A DNA stretch of 64,000 bases from an uncultured archaeon. GTDB lineage: Archaea; Aenigmatarchaeota; Aenigmatarchaeia; CG10238-14; SCSR01. Position 1 is the first letter of the stretch. Each line of letters opens with the position of its first letter. Under the pieces are notes generated by a model. It was given only the letters and a program-made list of their open reading frames with translations. It was not told the DNA's origin and made no database searches. A program made the translations under genes and the position numbers. Shown here in pieces: positions 8,771 to 16,786 of this stretch. The stretch lies in NCBI GenBank assembly GCA_964512235.1, contig CAZEGD010000003.1, positions 101-64,100 on the forward strand. Direction: 5' to 3'.

Positions 8771-10003
8771 ATGGGTATTGAAACAAAGAATAAAGAAAAC
8801 ACGAATGAACTATATTATAAAAATCTTCTGAATTTCTATCTAAATGTAAAATCAAGACCAAAAACAGATTGGCGTTTTATTTTTGGGCAACATCCATATC
8901 TTGGCTATTCTTCTGATACCATACCTAAACTTGCTATCTTTGACTTTGACGGTATATTTGAAAAGCAGGATAAAGACGAACTATATAAACTAGTTCTTTC
9001 CAAGATGGTTAAAACTAATAGAAAACTTCAAAATAGAGTAAATGACTTAGTAAAATGGATTAAAATTTTACAGACACCAGAAGGCTATAAACCAGCTAAA
9101 GACAAAATTGTAGAAATATTTAAAAGCTGTAACCTCACTAGGTCAGAATATGATGAATCCAATGATGAAGCTGCAAAAGAATTTATTAAAAACTCTTTAG
9201 TCAACGGCGCAAAAACATGCATAAAAAGACTCAAATATAAAATGGGTTATTTACCTGCTATAATCTCAGCCGGTTTTAGGCCAGCTGAAATAAAGGTTTG
9301 TGAATATTTAGGAATATCAAACACAAATGTAACTGCAACCCAGTTTTTATTCGATGGTGATGAATTCTATGGAATCGATTTCGTATTAGGATCAAGAAGG
9401 ATGGATGCAAAAAGTAACTTATTGAAGAGAAAACTTGGTAGTAGATATGGATGCTACTTCATATTCGACAATGACCCAGTCCTAAACGCATCTATTCTTA
9501 AATCTGGATTAAACCCGTCAGTTATTATCGGAGATTATCCTAGAGAACAATTAATGCAACTTGACTTTGATGTGTTTACGTGCTGCCCAGAAGCTAGAGA
9601 CAATTTGTTAAATATAATACCATCAATGAACAGATTCGAGTATGGATGGACTGTTGCAAATATATTACCTAAGAAGATTATTAACAAATTTTTTAGTCTA
9701 TCAACCAAACAAAGAAAATTATTTAATCAATTAGAGGCTTTAGATGTAGCAAAGAGTGAATTTTCATCTTTGAGAGACAGGCTCGTTTCTTTATCGCTCC
9801 AAATTTTGAATATAAAAGAAAAGTTTCATTTGATTACAGAAGAGTCGGAGATTAGAGACGATTTGTGGAGATTACTAGTAATCAAAAAAGATGCAAAAAA
9901 GAAAATCAATGATATTTTCGAATTCTTTGAAACTAATGTACCAGAGACAGAATCTTTAGAAGAGTTATTGTATGATGTACAAAAAGAGTATAAACACAAT
10001 TAA
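8771..10003 (+). CDS. Hypothetical protein with possible HAD-like hydrolase core and helical C-terminal extension
   Basis: The listed ORF starts at 8678 and overlaps the upstream divergent gene, so I prefer the ATG at 8771 (MGIETKN...). FDFDGIF resembles HAD motif I (DxDx[TVI]), IISAGF resembles motif II, and FIFDNDP resembles motif IV. The assignment is tentative. Confidence 0.55.
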   Translation: MGIETKNKENTNELYYKNLLNFYLNVKSRPKTDWRFIFGQHPYLGYSSDTIPKLAIFDFDGIFEKQDKDELYKLVLSKMVKTNRKLQNRVNDLVKWIKILQTPEGYKPAKDKIVEIFKSCNLTRSEYDESNDEAAKEFIKNSLVNGAKTCIKRLKYKMGYLPAIISAGFRPAEIKVCEYLGISNTNVTATQFLFDGDEFYGIDFVLGSRRMDAKSNLLKRKLGSRYGCYFIFDNDPVLNASILKSGLNPSVIIGDYPREQLMQLDFDVFTCCPEARDNLLNIIPSMNRFEYGWTVANILPKKIINKFFSLSTKQRKLFNQLEALDVAKSEFSSLRDRLVSLSLQILNIKEKFHLITEESEIRDDLWRLLVIKKDAKKKINDIFEFFETNVPETESLEELLYDVQKEYKHN

Positions 10004-10006
10004 ATC

Positions 10007-10813
10007 TTAAGCAATTCCCCTATTCTCTCTTTGTCTTTTAATAAAAGACTTGAGGTCAAATGAATACTCTCTTATTGTTTTCTCAGTTGCTTCATCTGGC
10101 TGCACTTCACCAGGCATATTTTTCAAGTTATCTTTTATTCTATAAGTTGTATTTAAGAATTCTCTATTTTCTTCAGTCAGATTACCTTCAAAAAGTTCTA
10201 TTTGTAAGACAGTTCCAACACTCTTGGATATAGAATCCATTACATCTCTCATAGTATCAACTTGTCTTTTCAAAAAGCTCTTTGATGTAAGTTCTTTGTG
10301 CAAAGCTTCTAGCTCTTCTAGTTCTTTTACATGTTTTGGTTTAACTTCTGCACTTTTATTTTCAATACTAGCACTAGACAAGGGGTTTGATGCTTCTTCT
10401 ACTTTTTTATTTAATATATCGGCTTCTGTTATTAAAAATTCTTTTTTAATATATGACCTTAATTCTCGAAATTTTCGAGGAATTTTAGTTAAGATATCTA
10501 TACATTCACTGTAAGTTTCATCATCAATTTTATTGCAATGTATTTCGACCCTTCTATATTCTCTTCTTTTTTCAACTCCTGGGATAATTTTTAAATCACT
10601 AAGAATACCTAAAAAGGTATAGTAATTTTTTCTTAATTTTTGGATCCACACATTCTGTATATGGAAAAGGTACGCCACACTATCATAAGGAGGAGCATTC
10701 GAATTTGTCTGCTCCAAATTTTGGAATAATTCATTTTCAAACTCTTGATATCTTTTTAAGGTACCTATTATTTTCGATTTTAATTCTAGATTTGCTATAT
10801 CTGTATCAATCAT
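10007..10813 (-). CDS. Hypothetical coiled-coil protein (268 aa)
   Basis: ATG ORF with TATA-like GGTATTTAAAGG about 30 nt upstream. Heptad-like E/K/L-rich sequence. No family recognised. Confidence 0.6.
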   Translation of the reverse strand: MIDTDIANLELKSKIIGTLKRYQEFENELFQNLEQTNSNAPPYDSVAYLFHIQNVWIQKLRKNYYTFLGILSDLKIIPGVEKRREYRRVEIHCNKIDDETYSECIDILTKIPRKFRELRSYIKKEFLITEADILNKKVEEASNPLSSASIENKSAEVKPKHVKELEELEALHKELTSKSFLKRQVDTMRDVMDSISKSVGTVLQIELFEGNLTEENREFLNTTYRIKDNLKNMPGEVQPDEATEKTIREYSFDLKSFIKRQRENRGIA

Positions 10814-10941
10814 CTTAATCTAATTAGGAGATACAAAACTAACCTTTAAATACCTTTAACCTATCTAGAGTAAAAAAAAATTATGAACCCCAACCTATCT
10901 AATAAATGCATGTGTAAGAAGCTTACAACTCAACCAAAATA

Positions 10942-10951
10942 CATTTTTATA
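10942..10951 (+). promoter_or_regulatory. Candidate TATA box for paralog F gene (leaderless or short-leader mRNA)
   Basis: TTTTTATATA lies about 26-35 nt upstream of the ATG at 10977. This spacing is typical of archaeal TATA-to-start distance in leaderless transcripts. Confidence 0.4.
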
Positions 10952-10976
10952 TACTTTTAAAACGAAATCTAATTTA

Positions 10977-11861
10977 ATGGTTAACATGAACAAAAAAGGG
11001 TTGATTCTATCATTCGTACTTTCTTTCATGCTTTTAACTAATGTAGCTCTTGCTCAGTATGAGTGGTTTAGCGACCTTGGTGAATTATTTGGAGCGGGTG
11101 GTGGTGGAGCGCCACCAGATGCGTTGATAGGTTTTTTAAACTATTTTGGAGTTCCAGAAGACATCCTTGTTGGTTGGGGAGGGATATTTTACTACATAAT
11201 CATACCATTGGCTACGTTTGCGCTAGTTCTGAAAGCCATACTCGTTGAGGAAATAATGGTAAACACGATGAAATTAGAAACATTCAGAGATTGGAGGGGG
11301 TGGCTGTTTATACTTTTAATTCTGGGGTTCTTGCTCCCAACTGGTCTTGTGGGAATGACTGCAATGTGGCTTTATGCCAGTGCTGGTATACTGGTCATAT
11401 ACGGGTTTGGGGCATTGCTGCTCATGGCTGTTATCCAAAAATTAACTTATATGAGAGGGGGGAGGGATTATTATACTTTGGTAATAGGAGTTATAGTTGC
11501 TGCACTTGTAGCAGCATTTATACCTAACGTAGGAATCGTATTGGCCGGATTAGCCATCTTTATGTCAATCGTTGGTTATAGAAGAACTCGTAGAATTGCT
11601 GTAATGGGTCCTTTGGGGGATAAAAAACAGAAAGAATTAGACTACGCTGATAATATCATGGGCAATATAAAGAGGCATTTGAAGGGAAAGAAAGAATTGA
11701 AGACATATCGTAACAAAGAGCCATTTCTTAGGGATGCTCAGAACCTAGCTAGCGATCTTATAAATGAAAGAATTAGCCTCACCAATGCAAGAAAAGAATT
11801 CAAAGCATTAAAGACAAGGATAGACGATGCAGATGCTGCAGCTAAACAGAAAAAACCTTAA
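10977..11861 (+). CDS. Signal-peptide membrane protein, paralog family member F, with coiled-coil tail (294 aa)
   Basis: Signal peptide ending NVALAQ, motif IFYYIIIPLATFALVLKAILVEEIMVN, and GFLLPTGLVGMTAM. About 5 TM helices and a K/E-rich C-terminal tail. Confidence 0.8.
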   Translation: MVNMNKKGLILSFVLSFMLLTNVALAQYEWFSDLGELFGAGGGGAPPDALIGFLNYFGVPEDILVGWGGIFYYIIIPLATFALVLKAILVEEIMVNTMKLETFRDWRGWLFILLILGFLLPTGLVGMTAMWLYASAGILVIYGFGALLLMAVIQKLTYMRGGRDYYTLVIGVIVAALVAAFIPNVGIVLAGLAIFMSIVGYRRTRRIAVMGPLGDKKQKELDYADNIMGNIKRHLKGKKELKTYRNKEPFLRDAQNLASDLINERISLTNARKEFKALKTRIDDADAAAKQKKP

Positions 11862-11974
11862 TATTTAATTTCCTTAACTTCTTCTTCTCAGATTCTATGT
11901 TAATTCCCTTAGGACTTTTCCTCAATATTTTTTAACGATTTATGTCTTAAATCCAAAATTTAATCTAGGTTGAT

Positions 11975-12826
11975 ATGGACAGGAAAATCTTGATTCTCTC
12001 ATTTATCACTATCTATCTTCTTTTAGTCCCAGTTGTTCTAGCCCAAATTCCAGAATTTGAATTTGGCGTTGGAATCCCTAGTGACTTTGCAAACCTCTTA
12101 GAAAGTTTTGGAATCCCTAGAGGACTCAGCGTCGATTACGGACTCCTTTTAATCTACATCATAGTCCCGATGATAACCTTTATTATAGTTTTGAAAGCCA
12201 TACTCGTCGACCAGATAATGGTGAACTTATCTCCGAGTTTCAGTGGTGCAATGGGTTGGATATTCTGCATTCTAGTAATCATCTTCCTGCTGCCGACAGG
12301 GCTGATAGGTGCGGTAGCCATGATGCTCTATGCTTTATCAGGCATAGTCGTAATATACGGGTTTGGGTTTTTGATACTGATGGAAACATTTAATTATTTT
12401 ACAAGAGGTAAGCCATGGTGGTGGAAATTTATCATATTCGGCATCATAGGCTTTTTCATAGCAACAGTCTTCCTCCCTGGCATAGGTGTCTTAGTAGGAC
12501 TCATTATCGTGGCATACTCAATCTTTAGGGCTTGGAGGTCAAGGGCAAACATAAAGGCTGCATTGCTGGGACTAAAACCACTCGAGGGAGAGCTAAGAAA
12601 GGGAAAATTTGAAAAAGCTGTGAGAGATATTACTCGTGAGATAGGAAAATTACCATCCAATATGCGAGCAGACGCTGAACTAAAATATATAGAATCTCTC
12701 GAGGATGCAGGCGCAAAATACATATCTAACGCCATTGACGAAAATGCATGGAAAAAACAAATCAATAGTATCAAAGAAAGAATAAAAGCACAGAAAGAAG
12801 CCCATAAAAGAATAGAAAAGAGTTAA
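11975..12826 (+). CDS. Signal-peptide membrane protein, paralog family member G, with coiled-coil tail (283 aa)
   Basis: Signal peptide ending VVLAQ, motif LLLIYIIVPMITFIIVLKAILVDQIMVN, and IFLLPTGLIGAVAM. Clearly a paralog of F. Confidence 0.8.
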   Translation: MDRKILILSFITIYLLLVPVVLAQIPEFEFGVGIPSDFANLLESFGIPRGLSVDYGLLLIYIIVPMITFIIVLKAILVDQIMVNLSPSFSGAMGWIFCILVIIFLLPTGLIGAVAMMLYALSGIVVIYGFGFLILMETFNYFTRGKPWWWKFIIFGIIGFFIATVFLPGIGVLVGLIIVAYSIFRAWRSRANIKAALLGLKPLEGELRKGKFEKAVRDITREIGKLPSNMRADAELKYIESLEDAGAKYISNAIDENAWKKQINSIKERIKAQKEAHKRIEKS

Positions 12827-12838
12827 TCTTTCAATAGT

Positions 12839-13543
12839 TTATCCTTCCCTTTTCATCCTCTGCACCAGATCGCTCAGCGCGCGCACGCTCTCTATCAGCG
12901 CAGGCAAAGTCTCCTTGAAAGCCTTCTCCAACCCAGACAATCGTATGTGTATGTCCTGCAAGCTCGTCCCCACACCTTCAACTTTCGTTATCACCTGGTT
13001 CTGCTCGCCGCTGCGGCCTTGTATTACCGTATTCAGCTGGTGCTTTATCTCTTCCATTCTCTTCTCAAGTTCTGTATAGCGGATGGCAAACTCATTCATC
13101 TGGTGCTGCACATCAGTCATTCGCTCGTTTATGGCATAATCAACATAGTCCTCAGTAGGATAGCTCTGGTAGTATTCTGATGGCAGGGACGTCTCGGGTA
13201 CTACTGGCTGCGACGGTTTTATCTGCTCCATCGTTGGCAGCATCGATGACTGCTGCGCTGGCGGGAATGATGGCTGCCTTGCATTCTGCTGCATGCCTTC
13301 CGCGGGCGTGAATGACGGCTTTTCAGCAGTATATGTTGTGACAGGCTCTCCCCTTACACCGCCCTTTAGCGTCTGCGTCAACGCCGAGTCTATCTCCTCC
13401 GGTGCAAATCCCTCTCTCCTCAACGCATCTATGACATCCGTTTCAGAGAAGCCTCGCGACATAAGTTGCTGCACTCTGTTAGTCGGTGCATATCCTTTGC
13501 CCTTTATTTTCTCCTCTTTGCCACTAAGAAAAGGTATCTTCAT
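12839..13543 (-). CDS. Hypothetical protein: UBA-like N-domain, P/Q-rich linker, C-terminal coiled coil (234 aa)
   Basis: VQQLMSRGFSETDVIDALRREGFAPEEIDSAL fits the UBA-like helical pattern. The middle is P/Q/S-rich and low-complexity. The C-terminus has heptad character. Confidence 0.65.
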   Translation of the reverse strand: MKIPFLSGKEEKIKGKGYAPTNRVQQLMSRGFSETDVIDALRREGFAPEEIDSALTQTLKGGVRGEPVTTYTAEKPSFTPAEGMQQNARQPSFPPAQQSSMLPTMEQIKPSQPVVPETSLPSEYYQSYPTEDYVDYAINERMTDVQHQMNEFAIRYTELEKRMEEIKHQLNTVIQGRSGEQNQVITKVEGVGTSLQDIHIRLSGLEKAFKETLPALIESVRALSDLVQRMKREG

Positions 13544-13615
13544 TTATTTCGACCTTAATAATTTTTCTCGTTCTATTATAATAAATGTTTGTTAGTAGAA
13601 GAAAATTAAATTTTA

Positions 13616-14050
13616 TTAAACCCTTTTCCTCGTCTTCGTCATTCTGTCTTCAAGCGCGCGCTCAAGTTCGCCCTTTGTTATGAACTCCGAAGTTATGGGA
13701 TTGATAATATCTATAAATGTCTCAAGCTGCTTGACTTCATTTTTCGTTGCAGTCTTGTCAAGTCTGTTATTTATCCTAGCCACCTCATTCTCCATCGTTA
13801 TTATCCTGTCCGACACGTCTACAATCTTGTTAGATATCTTCTCCAGTTCCAGCTTCAGTTCATTCAGCTGCATGAGCACAGTCTCATCCAGGCTTCTCAT
13901 TCCATTCTCCATTCTTTCAATCTTCTGCTCCATGAAATGTATTCGTCGGGCGTTCTGGTTTATCCTCTGTATCAGCTCGGACATTACAGAATTGCTATCG
14001 CCTTTCCGCGGCTGCGACTGGAACGATTTTTGGATTTCGTCTGACGGCAT
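13616..14050 (-). CDS. Hypothetical coiled-coil protein (144 aa)
   Basis: Nearly continuous heptad-like sequence (IERMENGMRSLDETVLMQLNELKLELEKISNKIVD...). Divergently oriented to the pilus ATPase gene. Confidence 0.65.
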   Translation of the reverse strand: MPSDEIQKSFQSQPRKGDSNSVMSELIQRINQNARRIHFMEQKIERMENGMRSLDETVLMQLNELKLELEKISNKIVDVSDRIITMENEVARINNRLDKTATKNEVKQLETFIDIINPITSEFITKGELERALEDRMTKTRKRV

Positions 14051-14130
14051 GGCAATCCTCTGGATAATGATGACTACTATAAAGAATTTGTGTCGCCGTA
14101 GATAAATTTAATTAGGTATATGCAAGATGG

Positions 14131-16380
14131 TTGGAAAAAATGGCAGTTGACTATAAAATTGAAGACGGTACAGCGAGAATAGACGCACGCAACTGGGTGA
14201 TAGAGCCAAGCATTGAGAATTCTGAGGCATGCATGGCCGTTGTCATTGACATATTGCAAGAATCGAAAAATATAGAGCGCATAGTTCTCGCGGAAGTGAG
14301 GGATGTGGAATACGACTTTGAGCAGACGCAATTGCTTGCAAGCATCGCTCGGGCACACAACAAAATATTGAATGAAGAAAAGCTGATGAGCATAGAAAAG
14401 CTCGGCCCGAGGGAGTGCTCGGTGCTGCTGCCCGCCAGGTTCAAGGAGCTGCAGTTCTTGATTCTGGAAGTCCTGCGCAAGGACCCGATAGGTGCCTACG
14501 TCAAAGTGAAGATGATGATAAACAAGGCACAGGAGAAGATGAAAAAGATGAAGATGAAACAGTGCTTCAAGCAGTACATAGATGAAGTGCTGATTCCGAT
14601 GAAAAATATACTGGAGTCTACAGAGATGATAAAGGCTGCACAGCCGTATCTACGCATCTTCAAATTCGGTGACCGCCGGATCTACAGGGAGCTGTTCAAG
14701 CCTGTGATCAGGCCAACATTCATGCTCACTCGCTACATGATCGTCCCACCAAAGGGAGGGAGGCTCATGGAAAAGTACAACATAGCAGCCAATACGACTG
14801 TAGAGATATTCAGCGTGCCAGGCAGGGTGAGGCACAGCTATTTCATAACCCCTCCAGAGTTCAGGTTGAGCGAAGAGAAGTATGCCGTGCTGGACATGGC
14901 GCGCCGGTATCTAGCAGAGCACAGGCCGAGCGAGACGGAGTTCGCAGACCCGGAGCGTGCGCGCGAGGTGTTTATGAACATAAGCCGCGACCTCATCGCT
15001 GACGTGTCAAGGTCGATGAATGTGATGCTTACTGTGAAAGAGATAGAAGAGCTCGCCGTGGTGCTGTCACGCTATACTGCAGGATTTGGTGTGCTTGAGC
15101 TGTTGCTTAGCGACGATAAGATACAGGATTTGTACATAAATTCGCCCATCGGGTTGACACCGATATATGTCTATCATTCAGATTTCGAGGAATGCATAAC
15201 AAACCTCATACCTACAAGGGAGGATGCAGAAGCTTGGGCGACCCGATTCAGGCTGTATTCTGGCAGGCCATTGGACGAAGCCAACCCAGTGCTTGACACT
15301 GAGCTGACAGTGCCTGGAGGGCGCGCACGTGTCGCAGCCATCACCCGCACACTAAGTCCTGAAGGACTGGCATTCACCCTACGCCGTCACCGCGAGAGGC
15401 CATGGACATTCCCACTTTTCATACAGAACAGGTTTATCGATCCGCTGTATGCAGGATTGATGAGTTTCATAGTCGATGGCGGCCGTGCAATATTGATAGC
15501 AGGCGGACGTAGCTCGGGGAAGACAAGCTTGCTAGGTGCGATGATGCTGGAGATATTGCGGAAGTTCAGGTTCATTGTGCAGGAAGATACTTTAGAGCTA
15601 CCTATAGTGTACATGCGAAAGCTAGGCTACAATGTCGAGCGGCTGAAGTCACGCTCCGTGATTACACAAATAGAGACTGAGCTGTCTGCTGATGAAGCTC
15701 TAAGGACAGCGCTCAGATTAGGAGATTCAGTCCTGATTCTGGGCGAAGTGCGCAGCGTAGAGGGCAAAGCATTGTTCGAAGCTATGCGCATAGGCGCGCT
15801 TGCAAATGTGGTCGCCGGTACAATACATGGTGAGTCTGCTTACGGAGTCTACGACCGTGTGGTGAATGATCTAGGAGTGCCGTCTACGAGCTTTAAAGCC
15901 ATAGATCTGATTACGATATGCAACATGCTGCACAGCCCGGACGGTCTGCATCGCTTCCGAAGAGTCGTTGCTTTGACAGAAGTGCGGAAGCACTGGAAGG
16001 ATGATCCTGGAGCAGAAGCCGGGTTTGTGAATCTCATGGAATATTCGGCAAAGGAAGACAGGATGAAGCCTACGGATACTTTGACTGACGGAGAGTCTGA
16101 GGTGCTTAATGAAATTGCAAAGCGCGTGCGTGAATGGCATGGTAGATGGGACGTAATGTGGGACAACATAATGCTGCGGACGAAGATAAAAGAGGCGATG
16201 GTGAAGTACTCTGAAAAATTCAATAGGCCAGATATGCTGGAGGCAGACTGGGTGCTTGACAGCAATGAAATGTTCCATTTGATATCCGACAAAGTGAAGA
16301 AGGAAGTCGGTGGATTGGATAGTAAGCTCATCTACAGCCGATGGGAAGATTGGTTCAAGAATAGGATAAAACAGAAGTAG
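14131..16380 (+). CDS. Type IV filament assembly ATPase (PilB/ArlI/GspE-VirB11 superfamily), 749 aa with long N-terminal extension
   Basis: Walker A is AGGRSSGKTSLLGAMM, Asp/Walker B is FIVQEDTLEL and LILGEVRSVEG, His box is GTIHGES. The listed start is TTG at 14131, and an ATG follows at 14140. Confidence 0.9.
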   Translation: MEKMAVDYKIEDGTARIDARNWVIEPSIENSEACMAVVIDILQESKNIERIVLAEVRDVEYDFEQTQLLASIARAHNKILNEEKLMSIEKLGPRECSVLLPARFKELQFLILEVLRKDPIGAYVKVKMMINKAQEKMKKMKMKQCFKQYIDEVLIPMKNILESTEMIKAAQPYLRIFKFGDRRIYRELFKPVIRPTFMLTRYMIVPPKGGRLMEKYNIAANTTVEIFSVPGRVRHSYFITPPEFRLSEEKYAVLDMARRYLAEHRPSETEFADPERAREVFMNISRDLIADVSRSMNVMLTVKEIEELAVVLSRYTAGFGVLELLLSDDKIQDLYINSPIGLTPIYVYHSDFEECITNLIPTREDAEAWATRFRLYSGRPLDEANPVLDTELTVPGGRARVAAITRTLSPEGLAFTLRRHRERPWTFPLFIQNRFIDPLYAGLMSFIVDGGRAILIAGGRSSGKTSLLGAMMLEILRKFRFIVQEDTLELPIVYMRKLGYNVERLKSRSVITQIETELSADEALRTALRLGDSVLILGEVRSVEGKALFEAMRIGALANVVAGTIHGESAYGVYDRVVNDLGVPSTSFKAIDLITICNMLHSPDGLHRFRRVVALTEVRKHWKDDPGAEAGFVNLMEYSAKEDRMKPTDTLTDGESEVLNEIAKRVREWHGRWDVMWDNIMLRTKIKEAMVKYSEKFNRPDMLEADWVLDSNEMFHLISDKVKKEVGGLDSKLIYSRWEDWFKNRIKQK

Positions 16381-16425
16381 CAAATCAATAAAGATATATG
16401 ACGAAAAAAAGAAATTTAATAGTAG

Positions 16426-16713
16426 ATGATTATGACTGGCAGAAAGGGTGCAATACCAATACCCTATATAATCGCCATAATTTTCGGGATAGTTGTAATT
16501 GCGATAATTGGCTACTGGTTCTTTACGACCGCCGGCGATATTGGCAGCGCTAGTCAACAAGCAGATTGTGAAACAGCATTGTTTGAATTCTGCATAAGCT
16601 GGATTAGAGAAGGAGAAGCTAATAAACCTTTTGATCATAAAGTAGTAGAAGATTGTGGACCTCTTGATATAGGTGTACCTACGTTTGCCCAATGCACAAG
16701 TGTCTATACCTAA
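16426..16713 (+). CDS. Prepilin-like protein P1 (class III signal RKG|AIPIPY), 4 Cys
   Basis: Short basic leader ending K-G, then about 22 hydrophobic residues, then a small Cys-containing head. The N-terminus is near-identical in style to P5 and P6 (..PYIIA(I/L)I(F/L)GIVV..GYWFF). Confidence 0.75.
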   Translation: MIMTGRKGAIPIPYIIAIIFGIVVIAIIGYWFFTTAGDIGSASQQADCETALFEFCISWIREGEANKPFDHKVVEDCGPLDIGVPTFAQCTSVYT

Positions 16714-16786
16714 TAATTTAGGCATATCATAAACTCCTTTCAAACCAATTCTTAATACGGACAAAAGCCAAAACTATTTTTAGATA

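Noticed and set aside
15871-16764. 297-aa minus-strand ORF
   Set aside because: It is antisense to the 3' end of the ATPase gene and to pilin P1, both of which have strong motif support.
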